Shown piece by piece: positions 1 to 9,532 of a DNA stretch of 64,000 nucleotides (position 1 is its first letter; the number at the start of each line of letters is the position of its first letter). Location of the stretch: assembly GCA_977017575.1 (NCBI GenBank), contig CDRNVI010000074.1, positions 1-64,000 of the forward strand. The letters are read 5' to 3'. Under the pieces are notes generated by a model that saw only the letters and a program-made list of their open reading frames with translations, was not told the origin of the DNA and did no database searches. The translations under genes and the position numbers were made by a program. This DNA comes from Paramoeba atlantica. Its lineage: Eukaryota > Protista > Discosea.

Positions 1-511
1 TAAGAATAAAATAACGAATCAAAGGATAACAACAAATGAAAACTTCGAACCGCTACGGGTACAGAAATTTATGGGTCGTTCCCTGCTGTTCGCTCCCGGG
101 GTTCTGTTTAAGGAAGTCCCGTTGGATCCCTATTTGGGATTTCTCTTCGAGGGGGGACCGCTGCTGTATGGGATCCGGGCCTGGACCGCGGGGTGGCACC
201 TGGTGTGCCCGCGGGAGGTGACACTGTGCCACGTGGGGTACCGCACAGAGGCCCCAAAGGTGTGGGATTATTTAAACCCGCAATGGAAGGTGAAAAGGAG
301 AAGGTCGATACTGCGGCTGCAGTATTTGTTAGGGGTACGGGAGGTCAACCAAACGAGGGAGGAGTGGGAGGGGAAGATGGAGAGAGGGGGGCGGGAGGAG
401 GTGCTGCGGGAGATTGGGAAGTATGGGCTCGGGAACGAACGGTCGCTGGAGGCGTATTGGAGGTATGTAGGGGTGAGGCCAGAGGAGCGTGTGGTGGTGG
501 GAAATGAGTGA
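1..511 (+). CDS. 3' part of a GT60-family glycosyltransferase (polypeptide/hydroxyproline alpha-GlcNAc transferase-like); gene starts before the window
   Basis: Frame is open from base 2. LLFAPGVLFKEVPLDPYLGFLFEGGPLLYGIRAWTAGWHLVCP...HVGYRTEAPKVW matches the GT60 C-terminal pattern FLFAxG...VPxDP.L.FLFxGEE..Y..R.WT.G....P....H.Y.R...PK.W. Ends at TGA 509-511. Confidence 0.75.
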   Translation, partial: KNKITNQRITTNENFEPLRVQKFMGRSLLFAPGVLFKEVPLDPYLGFLFEGGPLLYGIRAWTAGWHLVCPREVTLCHVGYRTEAPKVWDYLNPQWKVKRRRSILRLQYLLGVREVNQTREEWEGKMERGGREEVLREIGKYGLGNERSLEAYWRYVGVRPEERVVVGNE

Positions 512-540
512 AGAGGGGGGTCACGTTTAATTTTTTTCAG

Positions 541-573
541 GCGGTTGCATAGCTACCACTCTTCCCTCGATTA
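541..573 (+). mobile_element. Degenerate terminus of the dispersed hairpin-ended repeat family
   Basis: gcggttgcatagctaccactcttccctcgatta resembles the family end GCGGTGGTTGTATAACTACCGCTCTACCCTCGATTA seen at 42202 and 50198. Confidence 0.55.
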
Positions 574-1760
574 GAAGAATCGAGAATTAACTGGTAGTCA
601 ATGATTCTTATTGAAGTTGTTTAATACAAAAGAAAGTAAGATGAGAAGTAAGCGGAGAATTCGAGCAATAGTTACAATGTCATGTAACTAGGTACAGTAG
701 CACAATTATAGTACAAGATCAATGATATATAATAGGTGACGTAGAGCTAAAAGTATCATGAGGAAAAGATTCACTTTTTGAACTTTAAGTATGGAGGGGA
801 AACGCATCACATGAGAGGAACGTGACTTCAAAGGTGCTTCCCCATGCGAAGGTTGAGTGCGTGAGCTGTGTGACGAGCTCACTGTGGAAGAAAGTAGTTT
901 CTCTGGGTCGCTTTTTTGCTGTTGATCCCTCTTTCTCTTACACCGCTGTAGACGATCGCTGTAAGACGATCGCTTCCCTGATAAAGAGCGCTGGGAACCA
1001 AACGAAGTTTTACCTTTGAAAGGGTACGTATGCGATGCGACAATGTTGATGAGGTGCAATCCTTGTTATTGTCCAAGGGGACTCATACCGCGCTCTCATA
1101 ATGCGACCACGCGTATTTTCATACCACGTGACCTCGACCTTAACGTTTCATAGTCACTTGATTTCCGCAATACGTGCCTCTATCTTGAGGAGTGAACAGG
1201 TCCGCACTACTCTCACCAGTTCCCAGTTCTAGGCGGTACCTCGGTTTAACACTGACCCGGTTGGATATAATCGTTTCTCTTTCGTAGTTTCGTCACCTCC
1301 AGTGTTTCGAGTTTTAATAGCAGACGGATGATCAAAGAATCGTTTCCTAGACTCGTTGTAACCGCTTGCGCTTTTCGTGTTGTTGTTTTCTGTGTGGCCG
1401 GCGCGACCTGGCCATCAAGGAGGCCGCATCGTATTTCCCACGGCCCCCGCAACATTCCCAGGGAATGATTCCCTAGCTTTGCAAGCCGAGCTGGGCTCGG
1501 CAAAGCACTGTGTCGTTCCGTGTTGTGTGAACTGGTTTCAGCAGGTTTCTCGGCCTGGGGATATAAATTCCGCTGTGCACTGGGAGGAGGCATTGATTCG
1601 GGGCGTCGCGTTTGTAGGTATGGATTTCTGTACTGTTAAAAGTGAGGAGTCTGCGGGAATTGGATCTTCACCTCGTTCAAGTAGGGGAACACTAAGTAAC
1701 TTACTCCCCCCTCCATAAGTAATTATAAGTGTAAATTTTTTTTTTTTGAATTTATAATTG

Positions 1761-2085
1761 CTGTACCCCCCCTGTTTATAATAGCCTCGACCCCTCCCCC
1801 CCTTTATAGGTTCTTTTTTTGGCAAACTGGGAAGGATTTTTTTTAATTTTCTTGCACTGTCTTAAACATTTTGATATTTTCATATGGTTCGAGGTTTGGC
1901 GCGTGTTCGTGCTGGACATTTTACTTTGGAAGAGCGCCGGGGCCCACTTAGCAATTGAATAATTCCTGGTTCCTCGCTCCCAAATGTAGGGCGATTTCTG
2001 TGCCAACTCTTAATCTTCAATCGCCCTCCCCCCTTTATACATCATTTGGGCAAAAGCGATGCTATTATAAACGGGGGGGGTACAG
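1761..2085. mobile_element. MITE, about 325 bp
   Basis: TIR CTGTACCCCCCC(T)GTTTATAATAGC at both ends. TA on the right flank, TG on the left. No transposase. Confidence 0.7.
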
Positions 2086-2554
2086 TATAATCCAGTACGG
2101 ATTCTCCCCAGGCCTAGTCGAACCTAGATTCGATACCGGTCGGGGACCGGACATTTGTTTCCTTTTGGGGCGGAAACTAGTCCTAGTGGACGTGACGGTG
2201 GTGAACCCACTGGCACCGTCCTGTGTGTGGATAAGGAGGTAGCTGAGCCCTCCTTCACCGTGAGGCAGGCAGAGCGTCTCAAAAGGCGCACTCACGAGAA
2301 AATGGCGGGGTCCAGGGAGATGGATTTCTTCCCTTTGGCCTTCACCACGTACGGTGTCCCCAGCCCCGAGACCCTCCAGTTTCTAAATCTGGTCGCTCGG
2401 AAGGCCACCGGCGAGAAGAATGGTTGCCTCAGCCATTTTATTATGGCAATCAGGGTAGCCATCCAAAAGGGGAACGCCTAGATAGCGCATGCCGCGGTAC
2501 AAAACTGGTACCGTAGGGGCGTGCGCCAATGGGCTCGGGGGATGACAAAAAAAA
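2086..2554 (+). pseudogene. 5'-truncated 3' end of an RLE-type (CRE/SLACS/CZAR-like) non-LTR retrotransposon
   Basis: Stitched translation G..EP....GPDI...LVDVTVVNPLAPS / ...AE..K...FFPLAFTTYG...FL...IRVAIQKGNA matches the restriction-enzyme-like endonuclease C-terminus. Frameshift at the TG run near 2221-2229, TAG at 2479-2481, A8 tail at 2547-2554. Confidence 0.75.
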
Positions 2555-2965
2555 TATAATTATAATTATAATTACTTATGGATGTGAACCTAGTGAACCT
2601 GGAGAGGGGTAAAAAATTGGAATTTCGCACTAATACTCTTCATGATGTTGATGATTCTGGACAGGCGGGCGAGGAGGGCGGCAGACAGGGCGGGCGAGGA
2701 GGGCGACAAAGCGGGCGTGCGAAACAAGGGGGGTCTTCCTCTCGGGGTGAAGGGGGCATGGGGGGGGGTAAAATTAAGTTATCCAGTTATAAACCCCTCC
2801 GCACCAAAAAGGCACCCACCCTTATTTTTTGCACGAGGGGGGCTAGGGGGGTTATCGCACCACTTTATCGTGCAAAATTTTGAGATCTGTTCGTTCCCGT
2901 TGTCTTTAGGTCATTTCGGAAAATAAAAAAAAGTTGAATTTATATTTTAAAAAAAATCACTTTTC

Positions 2966-3410
2966 ATGCCAAGAAAGACGTATCGACTCCCCAGGGTTGG
3001 TCTTACAGAAAGTGGAAAAGTGTTATTGCGCATGAGGCTTGGCCAAGGGGTTGCGATAAGGCAAGTATCCCGCGAGTTTAATGTCAATGTGAAACATATT
3101 CGAAAATATTTGAAAAAATTTTCGCCTGAAAATGTTTATACTCTGAGCCCTGAAGTAAAAAACAGAATCAAAAGACACCTTGTTGTTCTCCCACCCATCT
3201 CAATTACATGTGTTTCGTACATTAAAACATTAAAAAAAGTACCATTCCCCTCAAACTGTATTTTTCAGCAAGATGGGGCAACACCTTAGACTGCCAAGGA
3301 AACAAAAGCGTACCTTGAGGACGGCAACATGAAATTATTGAAAAATTGTCCGCTCAACTCCCCCGATCTCTCTCCAATAGAAAACGTTTGGAGCATGGTT
3401 CAGTCAAACT
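2966..3410 (+). pseudogene. Internally deleted Tc1/IS630-like transposase
   Basis: HTH N-terminus homologous to the ORF at 52149, joined directly to VVLP...FQQDGA, an in-frame TAG, and NSPDLSPIENVW. First catalytic D region is missing. Confidence 0.85.
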
Positions 3411-3515
3411 AAAATGTAGTACGAACGGGCGTTCCGCGCCCGGCCGGCGTAGGGGGCCGGTGGGTGGGCACGAAAATGCGAAAAGAGAATAAATGAACTA
3501 TGAATCTAGATCTAG

Positions 3516-4390
3516 AAAATTTCTTTTTTAGTCTCTTCGTTAAACGCAGTGGTTGTTTCCAACTTAGAAGTCACTCATGCTGCGCTCTTCGCGTTGAAAA
3601 CTACCACGGGGTTTAACGAAGAGCCTAAAAAAGAAAATTTGGCGTGGAAAGCTGAAGAAAATTGAAGTATTATAGCCACAATTAGCCGATTCTCCGGTAA
3701 AAATGGGGTCATTTTTGTGTATTTTTGCTCTCAGAGCACTAAATCCGACATTTGCTGTGTTGTGGGAAATCGCTCGTAGGCGTGAAAGAAAGCCTACCGA
3801 ACGTATTGGGCAGAGAATACGACTCCAACCATACCATTCTTTCGACACAAAAGGGCCCCTTGGGGTCCGAAAAATACTTTTTCACCTTTTTTAGTCAAAA
3901 ATGGGTCATTTTGAGGGGCGCACCACGGCTCGAAGACGGGATATCTGGCGAAAACAACTGCGGAGAAAGCTAGTATAGGTCCCAAACTCTCAAAATACAA
4001 TAGGGAAAACGATTTTGTAAAAATATTTTTTTCGCCATTTGTTTCGCCAAGTTGAAATTTGTTTCAAAAATAAATTTCCGAAAAAATACGAACTTGGCGG
4101 ACCCGTCCTGCGCATACGCGGGGGGGTCACCCCCGGGTAGGGGGGTGGAAAATACGCGACAAGACCCCGGCTACCCATTCTGCGGGTTTTTTTCGAAAAA
4201 AAAATTTCGTGCGGTATGCCCCCCCTAGACCCCCCATTTTTATCAATTTTTTTTTTCAGTTTTAGACCACCGGAGCCCCCTTTTATTTTTTCTTCTATTA
4301 TATTACTGTGTTCCTCTTTATATTTTCACTGTTTTTGTTCACTTTTTTTTCTATAATCGAGGGTAGAGCAGTAGTTTTACAACCACCGCA
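3516..4390 (-). mobile_element. Hairpin-ended dispersed element, copy 1 (candidate non-autonomous Helitron2/Helentron)
   Basis: Long hairpin at about 3520-3635 and short terminal hairpin ending at 4390. Homologous to 37058-37526, 42202-42360, 43320-44390 and 50198-51700. Confidence 0.65.
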
Positions 4391-5180
4391 ATAATCACTT
4401 ACTACAACACAATAAAGCCCAACTCACTAATCGTTGCACATCTTTAAAATTCTTATCATAAACTTATATTATCTTAGACAATTGTTATCATACAGAGGTA
4501 AGTTCACAAATAACAGATAGCTAATCGTCTATACAATATTCAGATAGCTAATCGTTCCACTCCAATCTCAGCAAGGTTGTCAAGCTCATCAGAAATCAAG
4601 AAAAAAGAAAACAAAAAAAATACGAGGCAAAAAAAATTATCGATCGAATCGATCGAAGTTGCTTTTATAATTACTTATGAAAGGCATAGGAATTATAAGT
4701 CACAAGGGAGTAAAAGTGCTAGTTCGAGGTGTATTTATAATTACTTATGGAGGGGGGAGTAGTGTTTAATTTTGCCTAATTCTACTAATCACTGAATAGT
4801 GCGGGGAGACGAAATTGTTTTTTGGAAGTGCATTCACGGTCCCCTGTTTTCCGGATAAACCTTATGGAACTCAGGGATTACCCATGAATGCTAGATTTGA
4901 TCAAAATTTAGCGAGGAGAATTCCGCCTTGGGGAAAGAAAAAAGGATAAGAAAAAAGATAACGTTCATGTTCATGGCCCGTTTGGCCTGGAAAGGTTGCG
5001 GGCCCTCAGCCATCCAGACGTGTCCGACGATTCGGGTATAAGTTTCGAGAAGCACTTTTTTACGGGCACTGTAACGAAAAGATCAACAATATCCAACCGA
5101 CAACCCTTTCCCTTTCTTCATAAAAGAAGATCACCCATCCTTACATCATCTCCTTCTCCTCTCTCCCCCCCCCCTCCCCC

Positions 5181-6869
5181 ATGTATCTCCGTTGTCCCCC
5201 CCTTCTCCTCCCCCCTTCCTCTGTTCCCCCCTCCCCCTCCTCCCCCTCCTCCCCCGACCCCCCTGTCCACTACCTCACCCCCGGCACCACCTCCCTGCTC
5301 CCCCCACGGTGGCGCCTCAACCACAAATCCGCCTTCCTCCTCCCCCGCGAGGAGTTCAGCCCCTACGCCTACCCGAAACAATCCCACCGCACCTGGCAGC
5401 CCCCCGCCCCGTGGGTCGACACCTCCCCCCCCCGCGCCCCCTCCCTCCCCTGGCAGTCCCGCGCCACGGACTGGGACGAGAAGGAGAAGCCGCTCATCGA
5501 CCTCGCGTTTGACAAACCCGAGGCGATTCCGCTGTTTCTCAAAGACCTCTCCATTCGCGGGTACGCCGATGTGATGGCCCCGAGGTGGGTGGAGAAGGCA
5601 CAGGTGTGGGTGCGACAGGCCCGGTACTGGAGGGTGATCGGGGTGTACTACCCGTTCTACCACCCCCACCGGCTACGGATACATCTGTGGAGGCACGATG
5701 TGAACGGGAGGGCGGAGAGAGAACACGAGCAGGGGGAACAGGGGGGGAGGAATCCCTATGAGAGTGGACCCCAGATTGGGGCTCCAAAGTTTTCGATGCC
5801 TATGGTGGATGCGTTGTATGATTTGGAGAAGGCGTACCGGCGGAAGGAGCTGGGGTTGCCACCGAATTACCGTTGGGAGGGGTGGAGCCCTGTGGGGTTT
5901 CGGGATGGTCGGATGAATGATTGGCTTCCAAGGCTCCCGAGTATGCGTTGGGATCCGGATCCGGATGGGGTGGTGCTGCGTTATGAGGAGCTGGGGTTTG
6001 TGTTGGACGCTCCAGAGAACACGGAGAACCCTATGGCGGTGCACGAGATGCTCCAGAAACGGTACTACGAGTTTATTTGGACGGACACCACAGAGTATGA
6101 TGAGTGTTTCCGTGAGACCACGGGGGTCGGGGGGTTGATTGCACGGGATGTGGTGTTGTCGCCTGAGTGTGAGTCATTGGGGTTAACGGACATGCGCGAC
6201 CGCGTGTATGCGGCAGCGCTGGAAAAGCATCTCTACCCCAGGGGAATCTCCGCGGGCAGGACGAAGGAACAAGTCCAGGAATTGATTCAAAAAGTTAGAC
6301 AGGACTCCGATGCCAAGGTCGAGGGCATGCGACTGTTCTACAACGCCTCATCGGACCTGGACTGGATTCGAGGTTATATTGAGGAGCGTACCGGGATTGG
6401 TAGTTTTGTACACACCCCGGACAGAACACTGACGCAGATTATTGGCCGGCTGCTTGCGGAGATGCATCGTGTGATGACGGAGTACGAGTGGGGACCCGCC
6501 CTGGCACGATGCTCCACGTTGTACGAGTACGAAAAAGCAATTGGCCCTGTTCCCTTTGAGGTGGCCATGGCCATACAAAACGCTAACCTTGACCGAAGAA
6601 GGGAGAAGTGGAATGAGCGCTTCTCTGGGGAGGGCAAGGAGGAACAAACGCTCAACATGGTTCTACAAAAGATGTCACGCAGGCCGCAGTCGCAGCCCGA
6701 TGTGAATAACTCCGGGGACCAGTTTGATCGGGAAACAGAGCCCGTGGGAAGACATACTCAGCGCCGCGTACTGCCTGCGGACAAGCAAGGTGGGAAGGGG
6801 AAATTCTGGGAAAGGCGAGAGCAAAAACAAGTTGATTTCGAGGACAACATTGTGGCAAGAAATCTTTAG
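5181..6869 (+). CDS. Hypothetical protein, 562 aa, Trp/Arg-rich, possibly mitochondrial
   Basis: Long ORF with ATG after a pyrimidine tract and a globular-looking body. Basic Pro-rich N-terminus. No family recognised. Confidence 0.75.
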   Translation: MYLRCPPLLLPPSSVPPSPSSPSSPDPPVHYLTPGTTSLLPPRWRLNHKSAFLLPREEFSPYAYPKQSHRTWQPPAPWVDTSPPRAPSLPWQSRATDWDEKEKPLIDLAFDKPEAIPLFLKDLSIRGYADVMAPRWVEKAQVWVRQARYWRVIGVYYPFYHPHRLRIHLWRHDVNGRAEREHEQGEQGGRNPYESGPQIGAPKFSMPMVDALYDLEKAYRRKELGLPPNYRWEGWSPVGFRDGRMNDWLPRLPSMRWDPDPDGVVLRYEELGFVLDAPENTENPMAVHEMLQKRYYEFIWTDTTEYDECFRETTGVGGLIARDVVLSPECESLGLTDMRDRVYAAALEKHLYPRGISAGRTKEQVQELIQKVRQDSDAKVEGMRLFYNASSDLDWIRGYIEERTGIGSFVHTPDRTLTQIIGRLLAEMHRVMTEYEWGPALARCSTLYEYEKAIGPVPFEVAMAIQNANLDRRREKWNERFSGEGKEEQTLNMVLQKMSRRPQSQPDVNNSGDQFDRETEPVGRHTQRRVLPADKQGGKGKFWERREQKQVDFEDNIVARNL

Positions 6870-7084
6870 AGGCGCCTGTGGTGACAAATATGTACATATG
6901 ACTGTAGTTCTACGAGATGTCTTTTATCTACATGTCCATGCGTGTTTTTTATTGCCAACAGGCATACATGTATGTGATAGTCTTTATCGCGCACCACCAC
7001 GTTTAGAAAATGTACGTCCCATAATCGAATCCCAACTCCCGAATAGCGCACCATTTTACACCTACTTTCGCTCTTTTCCTCCCT

Positions 7085-7121
7085 ATGTCCCATATCCTTA
7101 CCTCTTCCTAAACCCCCGCAG
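7085..7121 (+). promoter_or_regulatory. Polypyrimidine tract plus AG, candidate trans-splice acceptor for the p44 gene
   Basis: ccttacctcttcctaaacccccgcAG, with the AG at 7120-7121, 10 nt before the ATG at 7132. Confidence 0.45.
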
Positions 7122-7131
7122 TCCCCTCCTT

Positions 7132-8439
7132 ATGCCTCACTGCATTATCCGCCGTCTGGTTCTCATCGTCGACTACTCCGCGGCAGTCCTCCGAAAAGAC
7201 TTTCTCCCTGACCGGCTTCATCTGCTACGAGACTGTGCCCTGCCCTATCTCATCCATTCCTACCTTCACCTCCATGCTGTTTCCTATCTCGCGGTTATAG
7301 CCACGCGTGAGGGGGTCGCCGAGCTTATCTGTGATTTCCAAATGTCCCCGGAGACTGTACTGAATGAAGTAGAAAAGTATTTTGCCAAGACCTCACCTTC
7401 TGGCACCCCCTCGGTTGAGAATGCGCTGCGACTCGTGTTGCATTTATTTACCCGAAATCAAGCGACCTCAACAACAGCCACCCATGAGATTCTCTATCTC
7501 GCCTCCTCACTAAACTCTGCAGACCCTGGGGATGTGACACAAGTGATTGAACAGACCCATCAAGAAAAAATTCATACCACAGTGATTGGATTTGGGGCCC
7601 AGACCCAAATGCTTTTTTCGCTAGCTTCCGAAGGACATTATTATGTCCCTTTACAGGAAAAACATTTGGAAGAGATTCTACATTTAGTGATGCATCGCGT
7701 ACCGTATGATTCTACAACCAATTCGGTCTATCCAGAGGGTGTAAAGCTACTCCCATTCGGGTTTCCCACAGTAGAAGAAAGGAGAACCCCTCAAATTTGT
7801 GTTTGTCACTTAAATTATGTACAAAACGTGATTCATTGTCCGCAATGTGAGGCCGTACTGTGTGGATCTCTCCCGCGTACGTGTGTGATTTGTGGGTTAG
7901 ATTTGCTCTCCAGTGCGTTCCTGTCGCGAGCTCAGATGCAACAGAACAGTGAGAAAAAAAACTTCATGGTGAAAATGAGCTCAACTGCAGAAAAAGCAGA
8001 GATATCGGCGTCAAGCTTAATACAAGTGGAGGGGCTAATGTTGCGAAGACAAGAATATCCACTGGGCCAGGGGGGCCCATCGACGGTTGATAAGAGCAAC
8101 TTAGCAGGTGACCAGGAAAATACAGAAACATTAGAAGACGATAGTAGGATATGTCACAAAGGCGGTCAAATTGAAAACGACTCGAAAAGTCCTATTTCCG
8201 ACAGAGAACGTTACCTTTTGACAGTGAAAAACATCTATTGCTTTCTTTGTCATTTCCCACTGTACTCACTCCACGGAACTGCCAGGGCAGGAGGCGCGGA
8301 TACGGCTACCAATACAAGTGAGCTGGAACTAAAGGATACACATCGGTGTATAAAGTGTGGGGTGAGTGCGTGCCGGTCTTGTACGCAGTTTTCGCAAAAG
8401 GTTCTCATGTGCTGTCCAAACTGTCCAGTGGATGAGTAA
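7132..8439 (+). CDS. SSL1: TFIIH p44 subunit (Ssl1/GTF2H2)
   Basis: vWA start IIRRLVLIVDYS...KDFLPDRL, C4 finger CVCH...CPQC...C.SLP..C..C, and C-terminal C1-like finger CFLC...CIKC...CRSC...CPNC. ATG 7132 is in frame with ORF 6724. Confidence 0.9.
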   Translation: MPHCIIRRLVLIVDYSAAVLRKDFLPDRLHLLRDCALPYLIHSYLHLHAVSYLAVIATREGVAELICDFQMSPETVLNEVEKYFAKTSPSGTPSVENALRLVLHLFTRNQATSTTATHEILYLASSLNSADPGDVTQVIEQTHQEKIHTTVIGFGAQTQMLFSLASEGHYYVPLQEKHLEEILHLVMHRVPYDSTTNSVYPEGVKLLPFGFPTVEERRTPQICVCHLNYVQNVIHCPQCEAVLCGSLPRTCVICGLDLLSSAFLSRAQMQQNSEKKNFMVKMSSTAEKAEISASSLIQVEGLMLRRQEYPLGQGGPSTVDKSNLAGDQENTETLEDDSRICHKGGQIENDSKSPISDRERYLLTVKNIYCFLCHFPLYSLHGTARAGGADTATNTSELELKDTHRCIKCGVSACRSCTQFSQKVLMCCPNCPVDE

Positions 8440-8574
8440 TATCTGTTACAACGGTAAGCATAGCAAATTTTTACATTAAACAGGCTTCTACAGAATTTTT
8501 ACGATTGACCAAACTATAAAGGTGCTCGTCTTGAAATATTCAAAAATTAACTTTTTCGCCCTACAATTTTAACA

Positions 8575-9333
8575 ATGTTGCCTGGTGCGTCTTCCACGAC
8601 CATCACTCCCAATCCTCTCCCAAAATTGATCCAATGGGACGAAAGGTACGACAAGAAATCTCAAAACTGTCCGTTCCGGTCATTTCTTTTTAGCATATGC
8701 CCCACAGAACAGGCCAATGCGCAAATCGCGTTTTATCGCAACCAGCTCGCCTCCGAAGGTATTCACCTGACTGATGAGCAGTGGACGAAGGCCGCTGAGT
8801 CCGTCCCTGACGCCTCCCGAATGTTTCCTTTGCCAGTCCATTTCTTCTCCGGACTGCAGGAGCGGATTCAGTTACAAACAGAGACACTTCGCGGATACGT
8901 GAAGCTTGTTCAGCAACTCTATTCGGTGGCTGAAAGTACCAAACAAGCCCATGACGAGATGACTTTTCGTCTGAGAAAGCTATCAGAAAAACATACAGCA
9001 CTGCAGCGCTCCGTGTTGCTGTTGTTAGGAAAAATACAGGTGCTTCGACGTGTGGAAAACCCACTGACCTCCGAGGCCCCGTTACTCAAAGAAAGCCAAA
9101 ATTTATGTAGCACGATAGAGGATACGCAACCCCAAACTGTAAACGCGCTGGATAAATTGGAGAAGACACCAATACCAGCGGGTAATACCGAGAGTGAGGA
9201 GACGCACGCTGTGCAGTGCGATATTCCGATATCAGAGGTGGTTGATTACTTACGAGAAAAACAACATGGTATTCAGCATTTGTCTGATGTTTTGGAAAGG
9301 GACATGAAGGAGGTGAAGAAACTTATTCGGTAA
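8575..9333 (+). CDS. NUP54: Nucleoporin Nup54/Nup57-like, alpha/beta plus coiled-coil core only
   Basis: W..A....PD...MFP.PV.FF..L.ERI..Q followed by coiled coil and H..L.R..L.L...I..LR...PL matches the Nup54 core. Confidence 0.7.
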   Translation: MLPGASSTTITPNPLPKLIQWDERYDKKSQNCPFRSFLFSICPTEQANAQIAFYRNQLASEGIHLTDEQWTKAAESVPDASRMFPLPVHFFSGLQERIQLQTETLRGYVKLVQQLYSVAESTKQAHDEMTFRLRKLSEKHTALQRSVLLLLGKIQVLRRVENPLTSEAPLLKESQNLCSTIEDTQPQTVNALDKLEKTPIPAGNTESEETHAVQCDIPISEVVDYLREKQHGIQHLSDVLERDMKEVKKLIR

Positions 9334-9532
9334 CGTTTTTTCATGTGAACTTTGTCATGGCATCTACACTGTATGGCCGTTCATTTTACGCTTGATACAG
9401 AAAAACATGAGAAATTAGATTAACCAAAGATCGTAATTTCCTCTCGGTTTTCACGAATTCGATACTCCTTTAAAAAACACAAAGTGCAACGCTAGAGACA
9501 AAAAACGAACCTTTTTTGCAAACTAAATTTTC

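Larger units (their letters stand above)
1704..4759. mobile_element. TA-flanked TIR element (Tc1/mariner, Stowaway-like CTCCC ends) filled with nested fragments
   Basis: Perfect terminal inverted repeat CTCCCCCCTCCATAAGTAATTATAA starting at 1704 and ending at 4759. TA on both flanks (1702-1703, 4760-4761). Confidence 0.75.

Noticed and set aside
700-1700. Possible degraded gene between GT60 and the first TIR
   Set aside because: Several stops in each frame and no recognisable motif.
4352-4390. GGTAGAGC resembles a tRNA D-arm/A-box (tRNA or SINE)
   Set aside because: No B-box (GTTCRA) and no cloverleaf nearby. It is part of the hairpin-family terminus.
6724-7131. Long N-terminal extension of p44 in the ORF track
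   Set aside because: Overlaps the previous gene and reads as pyrimidine-rich spacer. Homology begins at the Met at 7132.
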